Part shown: positions 1 through 12,000 of the stretch, one piece after another
Layout: every line of letters starts with the position of its first letter
How positions within the stretch are numbered: position 1 is the stretch's first letter
DNA from: Flectonema sp. DT1601
Lineage: Eukaryota
DNA length: 64,000 nt
Assembly (NCBI GenBank): GCA_964019425.1
Contig: OZ025786.1
Coordinates: 930,001 to 994,000 of the forward strand
Reading direction: 5' to 3'
The notes under the pieces: model-generated
Told to the model about the DNA's origin: nothing
The model's input: only the letters and a program-made list of their open reading frames with translations
Database searches by the model: none
Made by a program: the position numbers and the translations under genes

Positions 1-3000
1 TACACACCAGTCTCGTGTAAGTGATGACACCATCGGTGGAAACGTTAAGTCAACAAACGGAATTTGATGTTGTTGACAAAGTTCTTGAATAGCACCAGCA
101 GTGAGTAATCCTAAAGGTTTAATCTTTTTTCTTATGACGTTCATGTCGTTTAGTATTTCTTCAGATGGACCTCTCGGGAGTTTAGCTGAGCTGTCAACAA
201 CTCCATAACTGAGGGACATCTTACTGCTCGAGGTGTTACCGTCTACGAATATCTTGGTCTCACCAGGTAATACTGATATACCAAAGTCTCCAGGTGCTCG
301 TTCAAATGCTGACGGAGAAACTGTTTTAACAATACTCCCATCACTAAATATATATCTTAAGTTATACTGCGTATCAGGAGAATAGTTATGGAATGCCAAT
401 GCCGTACCACCATTAACCGACTGTGTAAGAATACTACATAGGCCATGAGTCACATCTTTTCTCTCACCCGATAGGATCAACGGAGGAACTTCTACGTCAG
501 TCGAAAGATCAATTTCAGAATTGTGCATTGGAGCAATACAAGGATGAATATTATTTATTAATTTCTTTCTCTGATTTAATGATGTCTTCCAGTGTGAACA
601 AGCATCTTGATCTACAGGTGGATCAGTTGAACGACCTGATAGTGAAAGTGTTGGCTTTGGTTCAACCATAAGTGAATCACCTCCTGTTTGATCAGGTCGG
701 CGGGTTGTTCTTTTAGCGAAAGAGCTCTTTGAAGTTGAACGATAAATTGGTTGTCGAGGAGGTTCAGGACTGGCTGAGATTGAAAAAGTTCTTTCTGGAG
801 TACGACTTCTTGAAGCAGAACGTCTACTAGCAGTCGGTGATACAACTGATGGTTTACGAGGACCTGCAGCAACTCTTCCAACTACTCTAACACCAGAAGG
901 TAGAGCTCCTATCCTTGAAGAGCTACTTGTTGGTACAGAAGTCTGATATTTAACTCCACTCTTATCATTTGGACTCGGTACTTCTGACACTACATCACCA
1001 CTTGGTGAGACTGATGGTTTCACTGCAGTCACATTAGAACTGCTAACTGTGTGAGAGTAACTCGGCTGTTGATGAGGAGGTGTAACTGGTGGAAGACCAC
1101 TGCCATCAGTAGCTTGAGGTTGAGAATTATATTTCAGTAATAGGTTTGCCTTTTGCTGCGCAAATTCCTGTTTCCCGACACTAAAATCATGTTTTAACTC
1201 AGCCAATTCACGCTCAAGACGATGAACAATCGACTGCTTGTCCTCCAACTGCTGTTGTTGTTGTCGGATCACGGCATCCTTCTCAGTGATCGTACTTCGC
1301 TGCTCCTTAATCAGAGCCTCCCTTTCTTGTAATAATTCTTTTAGTCTTGTTATCTCTTCAGATTCAACAGGGACACTCGTATACTGAGGTTTTATGTCTT
1401 CGCTTGATTTAGATCGCGTCTCTTCCACGACAATTTTTTCATCGAATTCTCTTCTAGGACTGACTGGAATGCTGGTGTAATGTGGTTTTGAACGGATGGT
1501 TTCTTGTTCTGGGAGTAGGTCTGCGACAGGCATACTAGTGTACTGAGGCTTAACATGTGCTGTGTCAACATCACCAATCGGAACACTCGAATAGCTGGGC
1601 TTTTGATGAATTGTAGAACGCAACTCATCATCTAATTGTGTAGCAACGTTAGGACTCACTGAAACGTGTCTTTCGTATTGAGGTGCACTCACGTAATCGC
1701 TGGTTACGACTCTTGAACTCGAACTCGGTATTTCTGCAGAACTACTTATCTGTCCTGCTGGACTAGTTGATACGAGTCGTTCATTAGAACTTGGAAGTAA
1801 TTGTTTGTAAATATAATTATTGACCCTGTCATCACTACCAGTGGAATACAACGCTTGCTGATTACTCAAAGAAACAGAACCAACATTATCATAAGTAGAC
1901 GTCACAGGACTCGGTGATGTCTGACGCTCAATGAAAGTTTGTGGTAGAGGTTGCCGAACTGGACTTTGTGATTTATGACTTCCATCAATTAGTGTTTGTA
2001 TTTTATACTGATAGTCATCAAGAGAAGGAGCAGGTGTCTGTACAACAGATTGTTTAGTAGGACTTATTGATATTTGTTGTTGTAGTAGATCTGAAGTATT
2101 CCCACCAACCTGACTATGAAGTGCTGCAGTCGAAGAGGAGGAAACCTTCGGAGGACTTGTCGTCAATTGAAATTTATCCCTTCCGTCTTCAACAACATCA
2201 TAACCAGGTAGTCCCCCACTAGGACTTTTAGACATTTGTCTACTAGTAATCCCTGACAATATATCTTGTACTGAACTAGGTAGCGCTGAAGCAACCTGTT
2301 CGATTCCTGCCCGAGGAATATTTTCAGTTGGGATGGAGTGATAAACTGGTTTTGCAGTGTATCCAAGTCGCTTCTCGCTGTCGGAGGGCTCTCCCTGTGG
2401 AGGGGAAATTGAGAGAGTGAACTCACCGCTGGCGTCTGTCTCACGTCGATGAGAAGGTTGCTGAGAGATGTCCGGCTCAACAGAGTTATTCTTTACAGCG
2501 TTGTTGACATCAGTTGGAAGAGATGGCGGTATTGGTGCCGAACTAAAATGAGTTGCCAGACCATCAGAGATTGCAGCTCTATAGGAAGAGTGGGAATTAG
2601 TTTCTACTTTCGGTGAAAGAACAGTTGAGTATGACGGCTGTGGAGGAGCTGCCGCAGCAACAGCAACACTAACTGGTTTGTTACCATACGAAGGCGGATC
2701 TGCACTGTGTCTGGTATCACAACTACTATTACTAAAAGGAGAAATAGACGGTTGACGAGAATCAGTTTCGGTCACTCCAACTCGCTGTTGCGAAACGCTG
2801 TATCGATCGACACCCGGAATCGAACAGGCGGTTATGTTGCTCTGCAGTGAAGGACTTCCAACTGGTGGTGAGCTTGCTATCTTTTCTAATTCGGTTTTTG
2901 GTTTTGTTTGCATAGTAGGAGGAGTAACAGGCATTCCCATTCCGTACCCAGTAGTTGCTGCAGGTATTACAGTTGAGTGCCCTACAGTAATTGGGCTACC

Positions 3001-3117
3001 AACACCACTAGCAGGACTGGATGTTAAGTGCATCTCTAGTACTTCTCGACTCTTGCGAACTTCTTGTCTGGCCCTCTCAATTGCATCGAATAAACGATCA
3101 CTTGTATCTTGAGACAT
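1..3117 (-). CDS. Calpain-like cysteine peptidase, N-terminal part (runs off the window)
   Basis: Not in the ORF track. Manual translation from ATG 3117 (MSQDTSDRLF...) stays open to base 1. It gives a Ser/Pro-rich region, a coiled coil, a DUF1935-like segment (AFHNYSPDTQYNLRYIF...VLPGETKIFVDG) and then IPFVDLTFPP, the typical start of the calpain CysPc domain. Confidence 0.8.
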   Translation of the reverse strand, partial: MSQDTSDRLFDAIERARQEVRKSREVLEMHLTSSPASGVGSPITVGHSTVIPAATTGYGMGMPVTPPTMQTKPKTELEKIASSPPVGSPSLQSNITACSIPGVDRYSVSQQRVGVTETDSRQPSISPFSNSSCDTRHSADPPSYGNKPVSVAVAAAAPPQPSYSTVLSPKVETNSHSSYRAAISDGLATHFSSAPIPPSLPTDVNNAVKNNSVEPDISQQPSHRRETDASGEFTLSISPPQGEPSDSEKRLGYTAKPVYHSIPTENIPRAGIEQVASALPSSVQDILSGITSRQMSKSPSGGLPGYDVVEDGRDKFQLTTSPPKVSSSSTAALHSQVGGNTSDLLQQQISISPTKQSVVQTPAPSLDDYQYKIQTLIDGSHKSQSPVRQPLPQTFIERQTSPSPVTSTYDNVGSVSLSNQQALYSTGSDDRVNNYIYKQLLPSSNERLVSTSPAGQISSSAEIPSSSSRVVTSDYVSAPQYERHVSVSPNVATQLDDELRSTIHQKPSYSSVPIGDVDTAHVKPQYTSMPVADLLPEQETIRSKPHYTSIPVSPRREFDEKIVVEETRSKSSEDIKPQYTSVPVESEEITRLKELLQEREALIKEQRSTITEKDAVIRQQQQQLEDKQSIVHRLERELAELKHDFSVGKQEFAQQKANLLLKYNSQPQATDGSGLPPVTPPHQQPSYSHTVSSSNVTAVKPSVSPSGDVVSEVPSPNDKSGVKYQTSVPTSSSSRIGALPSGVRVVGRVAAGPRKPSVVSPTASRRSASRSRTPERTFSISASPEPPRQPIYRSTSKSSFAKRTTRRPDQTGGDSLMVEPKPTLSLSGRSTDPPVDQDACSHWKTSLNQRKKLINNIHPCIAPMHNSEIDLSTDVEVPPLILSGERKDVTHGLCSILTQSVNGGTALAFHNYSPDTQYNLRYIFSDGSIVKTVSPSAFERAPGDFGISVLPGETKIFVDGNTSSSKMSLSYGVVDSSAKLPRGPSEEILNDMNVIRKKIKPLGLLTAGAIQELCQQHQIPFVDLTFPPMVSSLTRDWCV

Positions 3118-4448
3118 GTTTTTATTTATGGGCTGTGAAAAGTGTCTTATTCTGAACTCGACTATCTTTTTACTTAAGCTTGACGTGAAATCATTTATTC
3201 AGTTAACTGAAGAAATAAGTAAAACCGTCACATTGGTTGTTCTTGCTGTTAGTTTTACAAACAGATTCAAGTTTTAAAAAAAGGAACAAAAAAAAAGGGG
3301 TGTGGAAGAATGGGGGGAAAAGAAAAAAGGTGGGAGACAAAGGGGAACAAGAAAAAAAAAATTTAAAAATCCAACACAATAAAAATACCCCTCACAACAT
3401 ACGCCGCACCTTCATGAAGTAAAGATTTGAAAATAATTGTTATCCTGTTGTATTGTTTGTGTTTTTCGTTCGCTTTTTTTTTTTTTTTTTTTTTTCCATC
3501 CCCCATTACAGCCTTCTAGATTTACTTCCTTCAAAAAAAAAAAAAAAAAAAAATCAATTTCACAAAATTGAAATTCTTTATTCGCTGTTTGTCTTCGCAC
3601 AGTACTGGTTATTGCCATCCTTTTTTTCCTCCTTTCCCATGACATTACATCTGGTTGGGGGTCTAATAATTACAGAGAAGGCTGTCAAAGATCCCATCTC
3701 ATCTAAATTATTTCACATTTGCAGCTGTCCTTTCCTATCAGTGTTTGGATCACCTTCGAGACGAACGTTTACTAAAAAAGAACCACGCGCTGAACAAGAG
3801 GGTTGCCTGTTATTATGTAAATAGTTTTTTTAAATAAGAAAAAACACGTTGATAACCACCATATTATAAAACTAAGAAATGTCACTGTGACCGCCAACGA
3901 CAACAACGAGAAAAAAAAAAAAAAAAAACTGATAAATAGATAAAAGTATAAAATAATAATAAGGTTCGATAAGGTAAAAAAAGAAAAGAAAATTCAAACA
4001 TAAAATATAAATAATAAATAACAACAACTCATTTCTGCTTTCTTACTTTAGATCGATAAATAATACCCCAGACCCCCTCCCTACCCTCCCCCACTCAGCT
4101 GCTTTGTTCACAGCGATCTCAATCAGAAAACGCAGAAACAGATAGTCGACCCTTCTACCACTTAAACAGTCCAAGTCAATCTTTAGGCTGGTCTACAGTT
4201 GTCGGAGTAATCGTGCGGATTCGGACCTCTTGTCCAAAAGAGTTACTCGACGAGACGAGTAATTGACAAATCAAGGACTCAAGTAAGCCCTAATACGAGG
4301 CTGTTTATTTTAGAGTTGGTTAAGAAGCCAGAATTTGATATTTTATTTTCCGACAACGGCAGTCCTCATTCTCTTAAACAGATAACGAGACTCGGGGAAA
4401 ACAGTTTTCAGATTGAGAGTAAAAATTTATAAATTTAAGGTGTCCCAC

Positions 4449-5913
4449 TCAACCTCCCACAACCCCCAATACCAAACCTGACACACTGTACTGTTAAATA
4501 TCTTTGATACGAATGCCGAGGAATAAATGACAGGTAATAGAACATAAACAAACATACCGCTGTTACTACGAGAGGTGTAGTACAAATCTTAGACTGAGGA
4601 GGTTGAGATGACTCTTTTTCATTTCCCTTTTGGGATGTAGCAGTGGTGGTAGCAGTAGTAGCAGCAGTTGCAACAGATGGTGTTTTAGTAGTAGCTGGTA
4701 CTGGTGGAGTAGTCGACGTGGTTTTTTCTTCCAATCCGTTTGCTGGAGGAGTCGGTTCACTATTCTCAAAAGTTTTGTCAGTCGATTTCTTCGTAGGACT
4801 GGTAGCGGTTGAGTTTCCTTCTCTTGGAGTTACGGCTGCCGCTTTCTCAGACGCAACTTGTTTTCGTTGAGCTACTATGATATCTTTTTCCGATAGTTTA
4901 ACGTAAACGTAATCGAACTGACATTTATAAAGAAAGTTTTCTTTGGTGTCAATTTCTTTTACTACTCCGTAGTCACCAACAGTCAGCTTGGCTCCGTCAT
5001 TCCATCGCTGTTTGTTATTATGCAAAGACTCTTATTACTACTAAGAACAATGAAGGAAATCATAACATACCTTGTTACCAGAGAATCTCCCTCCACCAAC
5101 AAATTGAATCCTGTCATTGACGGCAAATTTTAACTTCTTGGGTCCTGTTGGTTTCTTCTTTTTTGATACAGGTTCATCATCTGCTTTAGTAACGCTGACC
5201 TTTTGTACTATTGGTTTCTTCTTTGCTAGTTTATCTTTTAGATATTCTTCGTATATTTTAAGTTTATCAAGAGGCATAGATGAAAGTCCACATGGCTCTT
5301 CATCAGAAAGTAGTTGGAGATTGTGACGAATAGATCCAATAACATCATGAGACCCGTCATTGTTATTATTATTATTATTATTGTTATTATTTGATTCAAC
5401 AGTTTGTGGATGATGTCCTAAAGACATCGGAGGTACAAATGCCTGTTGACCCGCAGCACATAAAATACAACAATCCCAATGGCATTCTTGACATGAGTAG
5501 TATCCTTGAGTATGTGTTTCTAGAGATTCAGAGTCGCAGAGTCGACAGAATACTCCGCCAACAGATACGAGTCTACCGTCTTGGTTAACAACTTGATTTC
5601 CTTGACAATGTCTCATGGTGTGTCCAGTTGGACAGTTGACAGTTGATTTTGAACTAGCTAAAGGAGTTCCAGTCGCTTGTTGTTTTGGTACCATCTGTGG
5701 AGTCATCGGTCCAATAGTTGGAGTTGGGATCCCAGCACTAACTGGTGGGGTGACATACGTAACAGGTGGCGTTACGTTTGACAATCTCTCAGCTTGTGCT
5801 TTCCAAACATTTTCTTCTTCTTGAATAGGCGCACTGCCACCACCGCCACCACCTGGTACAAACGGCATGGCATTCACATTCAGGGGAAGTCCTCCCCTGT
5901 CAGGTCTGGACAT
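4449..5913 (-). CDS. PAM2-motif, Cys-rich Zn-finger protein with probable C-terminal membrane anchor; introns 5008-5070 and probably 4491-4557
   Basis: LNVNAMPFVP fits the PAM2 motif and CPTGH...CRLC...CQEC...CILC suggests a Zn finger. A 63-nt GTATGT..ACAG intron containing the stops joins ORFs 5041-5913 and 4435-5025 in frame. A second GTATGT..ACAG intron gives the ending VVTA-YSVSGLVLGVVGG*. Confidence 0.7.
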
Positions 5914-7215
5914 CTTAATACTATTCCTGTTGGTAGCTAATATTATTATTGTTTTTTTTTTTTTTTCAAATTATTTTCTACTTTAAGTTGGTATTTGAAA
6001 AGTCATCAGATAAATCAGTTGGACATGAAACAAATAAATAGTTGCGAATCTAAAATAAAAAAAAATCTTAGAAACAACATCCCTGTCAATATAAGAAATA
6101 ATATTTTTTGAAGGAAAAAAAAAAAAAAAAAAAAAAAACAATTAAAACTGTAAAGCAATTGTTATTATTTTTTTCTTTTTTGAACTAAAATAAGGAATAA
6201 GAAATTTACCAACCAAAACACACGCAAACAGGATCACTTTCCTATTCGCACTTCCAAAGATAAGAGAAATCACTGTTACTGTAACACAACAACAGGCGTA
6301 TTATATACCACAAAAAAAACTCGTGTAAATGTCGAGGGATGCAGTGCTGTGCCAAGTACAAGGAAACCGTAATACTAAATACCTCATCACAGGGAGTAAA
6401 TATGAATTAATAGAAGAAAAAAAAAGATTTCTCAGTCTGTCAAAGTGTCCAAGACAAGAAATAGCGAAAGTGAAACTTTGACAATGTAAAAAAAGGTAAC
6501 AACTTCAGTTAACTTATTTATTTTCATTTGTTTACCAAGCCTAGGAGCCAAAAGCCAGGAAAAGCTCAACAGGGTAACAGTTACATCGCTACCAGCAACT
6601 GTGAGATTTGACTGAATAGAAATATTAGTAGTTGTTAATCAACGAAAAGGACTATAAGTAATTTTATTTGGCCGCGGATTGATTGAGGAAAGAACAAGAA
6701 GGAAAATGCCGTAAGGAATTCTTGGCTGGGGAAAGCTGGTTGAGAAAAGAAGAGAGAAAGAGAGAAAGAGAGGAAGAAGGAAAATGCTACAGGACCCTTA
6801 CCTTAGTCACTGGCTTAATTCACTGGTCCTTACAAAGACCCCATCAAATCCATATCTGGGTATGCCGCAGGAACCGGCCATACCTCGGAACGGGAGAAAA
6901 ATAGTTTGAACATATTTATAAACATAAATATTAAAGTTATCAAAATATAAACACTGAAAGGTTATGTTTGGTAAACACCCTCTTAGTCTGTGAAAGTGTT
7001 CAAAGGCAAGGAATAGTGAGAGGTGGTGCGGCCATCGAAGATTAATACATCTCATCTGACAGTCAACAGTAGAAACTCAGGATTAGAATAAAATAGAGGA
7101 AGGAGAAGAAGTCAAAGAACACATCTTCTGAGCACAAACTAAAGAAGACTTATTAAAGATTCAATAAGTAGCTAATCGACTATAAATAATATCCAAAAAA
7201 AAAAAAAAAAACTTT

Positions 7216-8917
7216 TCACTTCAACTCCCAAACATCTTCACCATCCCAAGCAGGGAAGGGAATCACATTCTTATACTTCTCACAGTAGTGAGCCTTTGTT
7301 AAAGCAGCCTTATAACAAGCATCATGATGATCACCAGGTGGTAGTCTGTATTTAAAAAGTCTTGAGGCAGCATCAAAGTTCCGTGCTCGATAGTATTCAA
7401 GTGCAGTGCAAAACTTTTGCATTGTCTCGGTTTTGAACCGTCGATCACTTGGAGTGTCAGTGTGATAGACGTCGATTAATTCGTAAGACTCACGAGATCC
7501 TTTTACTCGAACTTTACCGAGAGACCGATGAATTATTTTAGACATGTCAATCGATCTACACGTGACCTCAGATATAAGGATACTGACGCCATAGTGTTTT
7601 GTTAACCGTTCAAAACGAGCTGCTAGATTAACAACATTACTAATAATAGTGGTGTCGAGTCTACCAGTGTCACCAACTGTCCCAACACAAACAACTCCCG
7701 CATGAATAGCCACACCCATAACAATCGGACCAGGTGATACAACACCAACACACTCAGCCACATATAAATACTGATGATCTTCATCATGAGGACGTTGACT
7801 CGCTAAGATAACAAGCTCTTCAGCTTCATCATTTATCTTTGTTAACTCTAACTGCATCTGCAATGCAGTTAGTAAAGCTCTTGTAGGGTCTCTGTTTAAA
7901 GCCATGATGCCATCACCTAAATATTTATCAACGAATCCTTTATTCTTTCTAATGACTGGTGTCATTCTATCTGTGAATTGAGCCAACCATTTAAATGCAG
8001 CCGATGCAGTCATCTTACTTGTGAAATGATGAAATCCTCGAATACCAGTAAACAACACAGCAGTTGATGTTAAAACCCTGTCTCCGTGATAAATATCAGT
8101 TATTGATTCTTTTCCAAGTAGGGCTAAGAATTCTGTTGGAACAAATCTAGCTATTACTGTCTCGCTGTTTTTTTTTTTTTTTTTTTTTTTTTCAATCATC
8201 AAATGATGACATCATCATAGGTGAATATACATACATTTGAACACACGGTACCATACACTCACCCATCATTTCAACGTGTTGACTCTCAGTAGCTCTCACA
8301 AAGTATATGACAAGAAGACTCGAAGACATAACGCAAAGAACAAAAGCAGACGTAAAAATCAACAATTCCGTAACATCAACTCCCTCAACAATTAACAAAA
8401 TCATTAAAAAAACAACGGCAACAAAAAACGGTATAAAAGTAAGAGACGCTTTGAACAGAAGAGAATGCTCCGTCGACATAAAAAAATTTCCCAAAATACC
8501 GACATATATTGTACTATGAATTGGTCTTTTTGGAACAGGATTTTGATGCCGAGGATACAACAAAGGAGGTGACACCATCGGAGGAAGGGGAGGAGGTTCA
8601 TTGCTCTTGATATCATCTCGATTATCTTCTGTTAATGAAGAGTAGGTTTTCATTGTGTTAGCAGCAGCATGATTTTGAGCTAAAACCCTTTTAACAGCCT
8701 GTTGTAACTTTGTAGGGGATACCTCACCAGGAACAGCATGAGGACTTGGACTCAACATATTCACATCCACAGCACTACTCAATGATCCTCTAGTGTCGAT
8801 AGAGTTCAATCTATAAGAAGGAACACTTAAAGAGTGTTCGCTATTGTTCTTTAACACGAATGCTGTTGATGATACTTCCGATGACCCGATTGATACCCTC
8901 GTTGGGTCAGCATCCAT
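7216..8917 (-). CDS. Membrane-anchored class III adenylate cyclase-like protein; intron 8165-8234
   Basis: Two TM helices in ORF 8192-8917 and cyclase motifs FTGIRGF, DKYLGDGIMA and VNLAARFE in ORF 7216-8202. A 70-nt phase-2 GTATGT..AAAACAG intron joins them in frame. Confidence 0.85.
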
Positions 8918-9095
8918 CTTGTTTTTTTAGTTTTCCCCTTTTGTTTGCTACTTTGTCAAACGAAAAAAAAAAAAAAAAGAAATATATAATAATTCCTCAC
9001 AATGAACATTTACGTAATAGGTGAGACTCTCCGCAGAGGGGTAAGTGAAAACAAAACAAAACCAAAACGTGTAAATAAACAAAAAAAAAAAACAC

Positions 9096-12000
9096 TTATT
9101 TAGTACTCAAGGCTATTAACGATGAATAGCTTTGAGTGGAATCTTCCAGCATGTCAGTAAGCTGAATTCTAATTAAGAATGAGGAATTTTTATTCCTTGC
9201 TGCGTGGTCAGTGTTTTTAATTGTGATGGATCTCATGAAACTTTCAATTATCGAAGCAGTTACTGTTGGTAAGAATTCAACGTCTAGAGAGAGGACGTCT
9301 TGATTGATGACTGCCAATGGACTAGATGAGTCATCTGAATGAGTTAAAAGTGTTGCTCCATCTTGAGAAACTCTTCCAAAAGTTGAATCAAAACAAATTG
9401 ACCAACCAGGAACTCTAACAAGACTGTCAGGTAGTACCACACTTCTAACGAATCCGACTGATAATGATATGCTGTTTTGAATGTTTATAAAAAGATGAAA
9501 ATTAGGAAATAAATATTCGAGTTGTTTTCTTGGATCGATTCGAATCACTGAACCTCCTCCTTGAATTGGTTCCATGATGGCTGGAAGTACTTCTATTTTG
9601 ATTTTTGATTTCGTAGGTCGTTGGTACGATGATTTTATTGTAATTTGAACAAGTTTTTCAACTCCGGTAGCAACAAGACGTTTTGTATTTCTAACAGTGT
9701 ATGCTATTGATTTTACGAGTTCTTGAACGATGTCGACTGTCGCTGATATGAATATAACCTTGAATGAAGCTGTTTGACGACCCTCAATTCGAGCAAGTCG
9801 TTTTTTATCATCGGCTCTGACCACCCAACCTTCACTATCAACACGCAAGTCTGATATGACACCATGAAACGATGAGTCTTCCATTGGTAAGTATAAAGAG
9901 AGAGAATCTTCACTTACATTTTTAACACCCTGAACTTCAACTAATACGTAAGTTCCCTTTTCATATAATTTCGTAGAACTGTCTTCGATAACACAATCAC
10001 AAAATAACGGAAGCAAACCAACTCCGTGGTTTGTCACGATCTCTGAGTTGCTTAGTATTATTTTTGGTGGTGATCCAGGCTCTGAAACTCTTACCTTTTG
10101 AACAATCATACCTGGCAATGCATCAGTTAAGAATATAACTATTTCTATTTCCCTATCAAAACGAGAAGCGCTAGTATTATCACCATCATATGTATAACTA
10201 ATACATCGTAGGAATCCTTGGACGTGTTTTGCTGTGCATTTTCCGTTTGATACAAAAGTTACTTTCATATATCCGGCTGTGCGTTCTTCAATTCGACCAA
10301 GTTCAACGCTCCCGTCAAAAAGTTGTTTTCTAGACTTAATCGTGAAATGAAACGGCGATTCAGTGAAATTAAAACCCAACTGATCACCAGACACTAAAGT
10401 GTCATCAGTAACACGAACAGTAACATAAACACCGAGACACTTATGTCTGTCTGGAAGTGATAGAGTCGTTGATGGGAACACTGTTAACGGTTCTTCTCTC
10501 CAAACCCTTTCGATAGGAGAAGCTGATCCAACAGATATCAACGGACCTGAAACTTGAATTGGAAGTTTTAATTTACCTTCGGGTCCTTCATCAGCGAGAA
10601 TCTTTAGTGTTAAAGTAACTGTCGATGGCTTTGCTCGTTTTGCAATATTCCTGTAACGAATTAATTTCATGATGTGTTCCACAGTTTGGATGGGAATATC
10701 ATTCGCTGTTTCGAAATCAATCGCAAACAAGTCCCTCGAAGCTCTGTATTTTCCGATATGAATGTCGTCTTGAAAGACTGTATTTATATTGTCAATTTTG
10801 AAAATCGAAGTGTAACCTTTCTTTATCTGAAGGCTGCAGGGTAGTAGTGAGAGTTCATCGACACCTTTCTCCATCCCGCCGAGAATCTCAACGGCGATGT
10901 ATCCAAGTTTGAAATTTTCAGTATCGGCATCGTACAAAACGCAATCATCAAATGGACAATAGCCGTTTAAATCTTCTCTTGAAGATTGGCGGTATTGACC
11001 TGGCTTTGTGTCTTTCCTAATAATCTGAGTTACGTCATTTACCGCCTGTACCGTAACTTGAATAAGAGCACAGCTGGGGATACCTTGACCATCGTCTAAC
11101 GATATCTTCACAACTTTTCGAAGTAATTTCGGATTATCACCTTTATGTTGATAATAGAAAAGACGTAGTAGGTTTCCGATATCTCTTCTTTTTATTTGTC
11201 TTTTCGATGTTTGTTCTTTTGCATCTTGTTTTAAAGTCACACTGATAGTAGTTGGTAACAGTTGAATGTATCCAATCAACGTTTTGGAACCAGTCCCAGT
11301 AGTCGCAATGTATAAGTCTCTGTAGTTCTCAACAGTGTCTTTACGACCTAAAACAAATTCACCTCCTTCAGGAAATTTCATTTCCAATCCGTCTTTTGGT
11401 TCACATCCGGTGATTATGTCCACGATGATTGAACCAGAGTCGTAGTTATTTACGTCATTTAGTAAATCATATCTTGCTGAGAGTCTTATTGGATCAGAGC
11501 CTTCGATAAAAGAAATACATTGCAAGTTAGTCGGTATTGAAATCAAAGAGTTCAGAACTTTTATGAACATTTTTACGATGACTGGTTCAGCTTGATCGAC
11601 GACGAGGGATATTTCTACTTCACGAATACCATTCTTAACTGTTCCGTGAACGATATTTTCAGTTTGTTTTTGTGTAACCTGCCTGGCTCTACCAAACTCA
11701 CTACTGAGGGATGCGAGTGGTTCTGTACAGAATGATAAACTTCTTATTATTCCTTGAACTGCGTTGATCGATGCGTTTCTGACAAATGAAAGAGAAACTT
11801 GCATTTTTGATTTCTTACTTTGATCAACAATCGCTACCAAGACTCCCTTAAACATTAAATTAGAACCCTCGACTTGGACCTCATCAGAAGACAACGAGAA
11901 GGAGTCTTGAAGTGTACCTCCTTTAAGATATGAAATAGTTAGGTTACCTGTGTTGAAATGATCAGTATCCACGTCTGATACGATTGCGTCTGGTGATAGT

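Noticed and set aside
612..3112. Short ORF-track calls in 0.6-3.1 kb
   Set aside because: They are off-frame or antisense shadows of the long calpain ORF.
8165..8202. Homopolymer frameshift error splitting the cyclase
   Set aside because: A canonical 70-nt intron containing the run joins both ORFs in frame.
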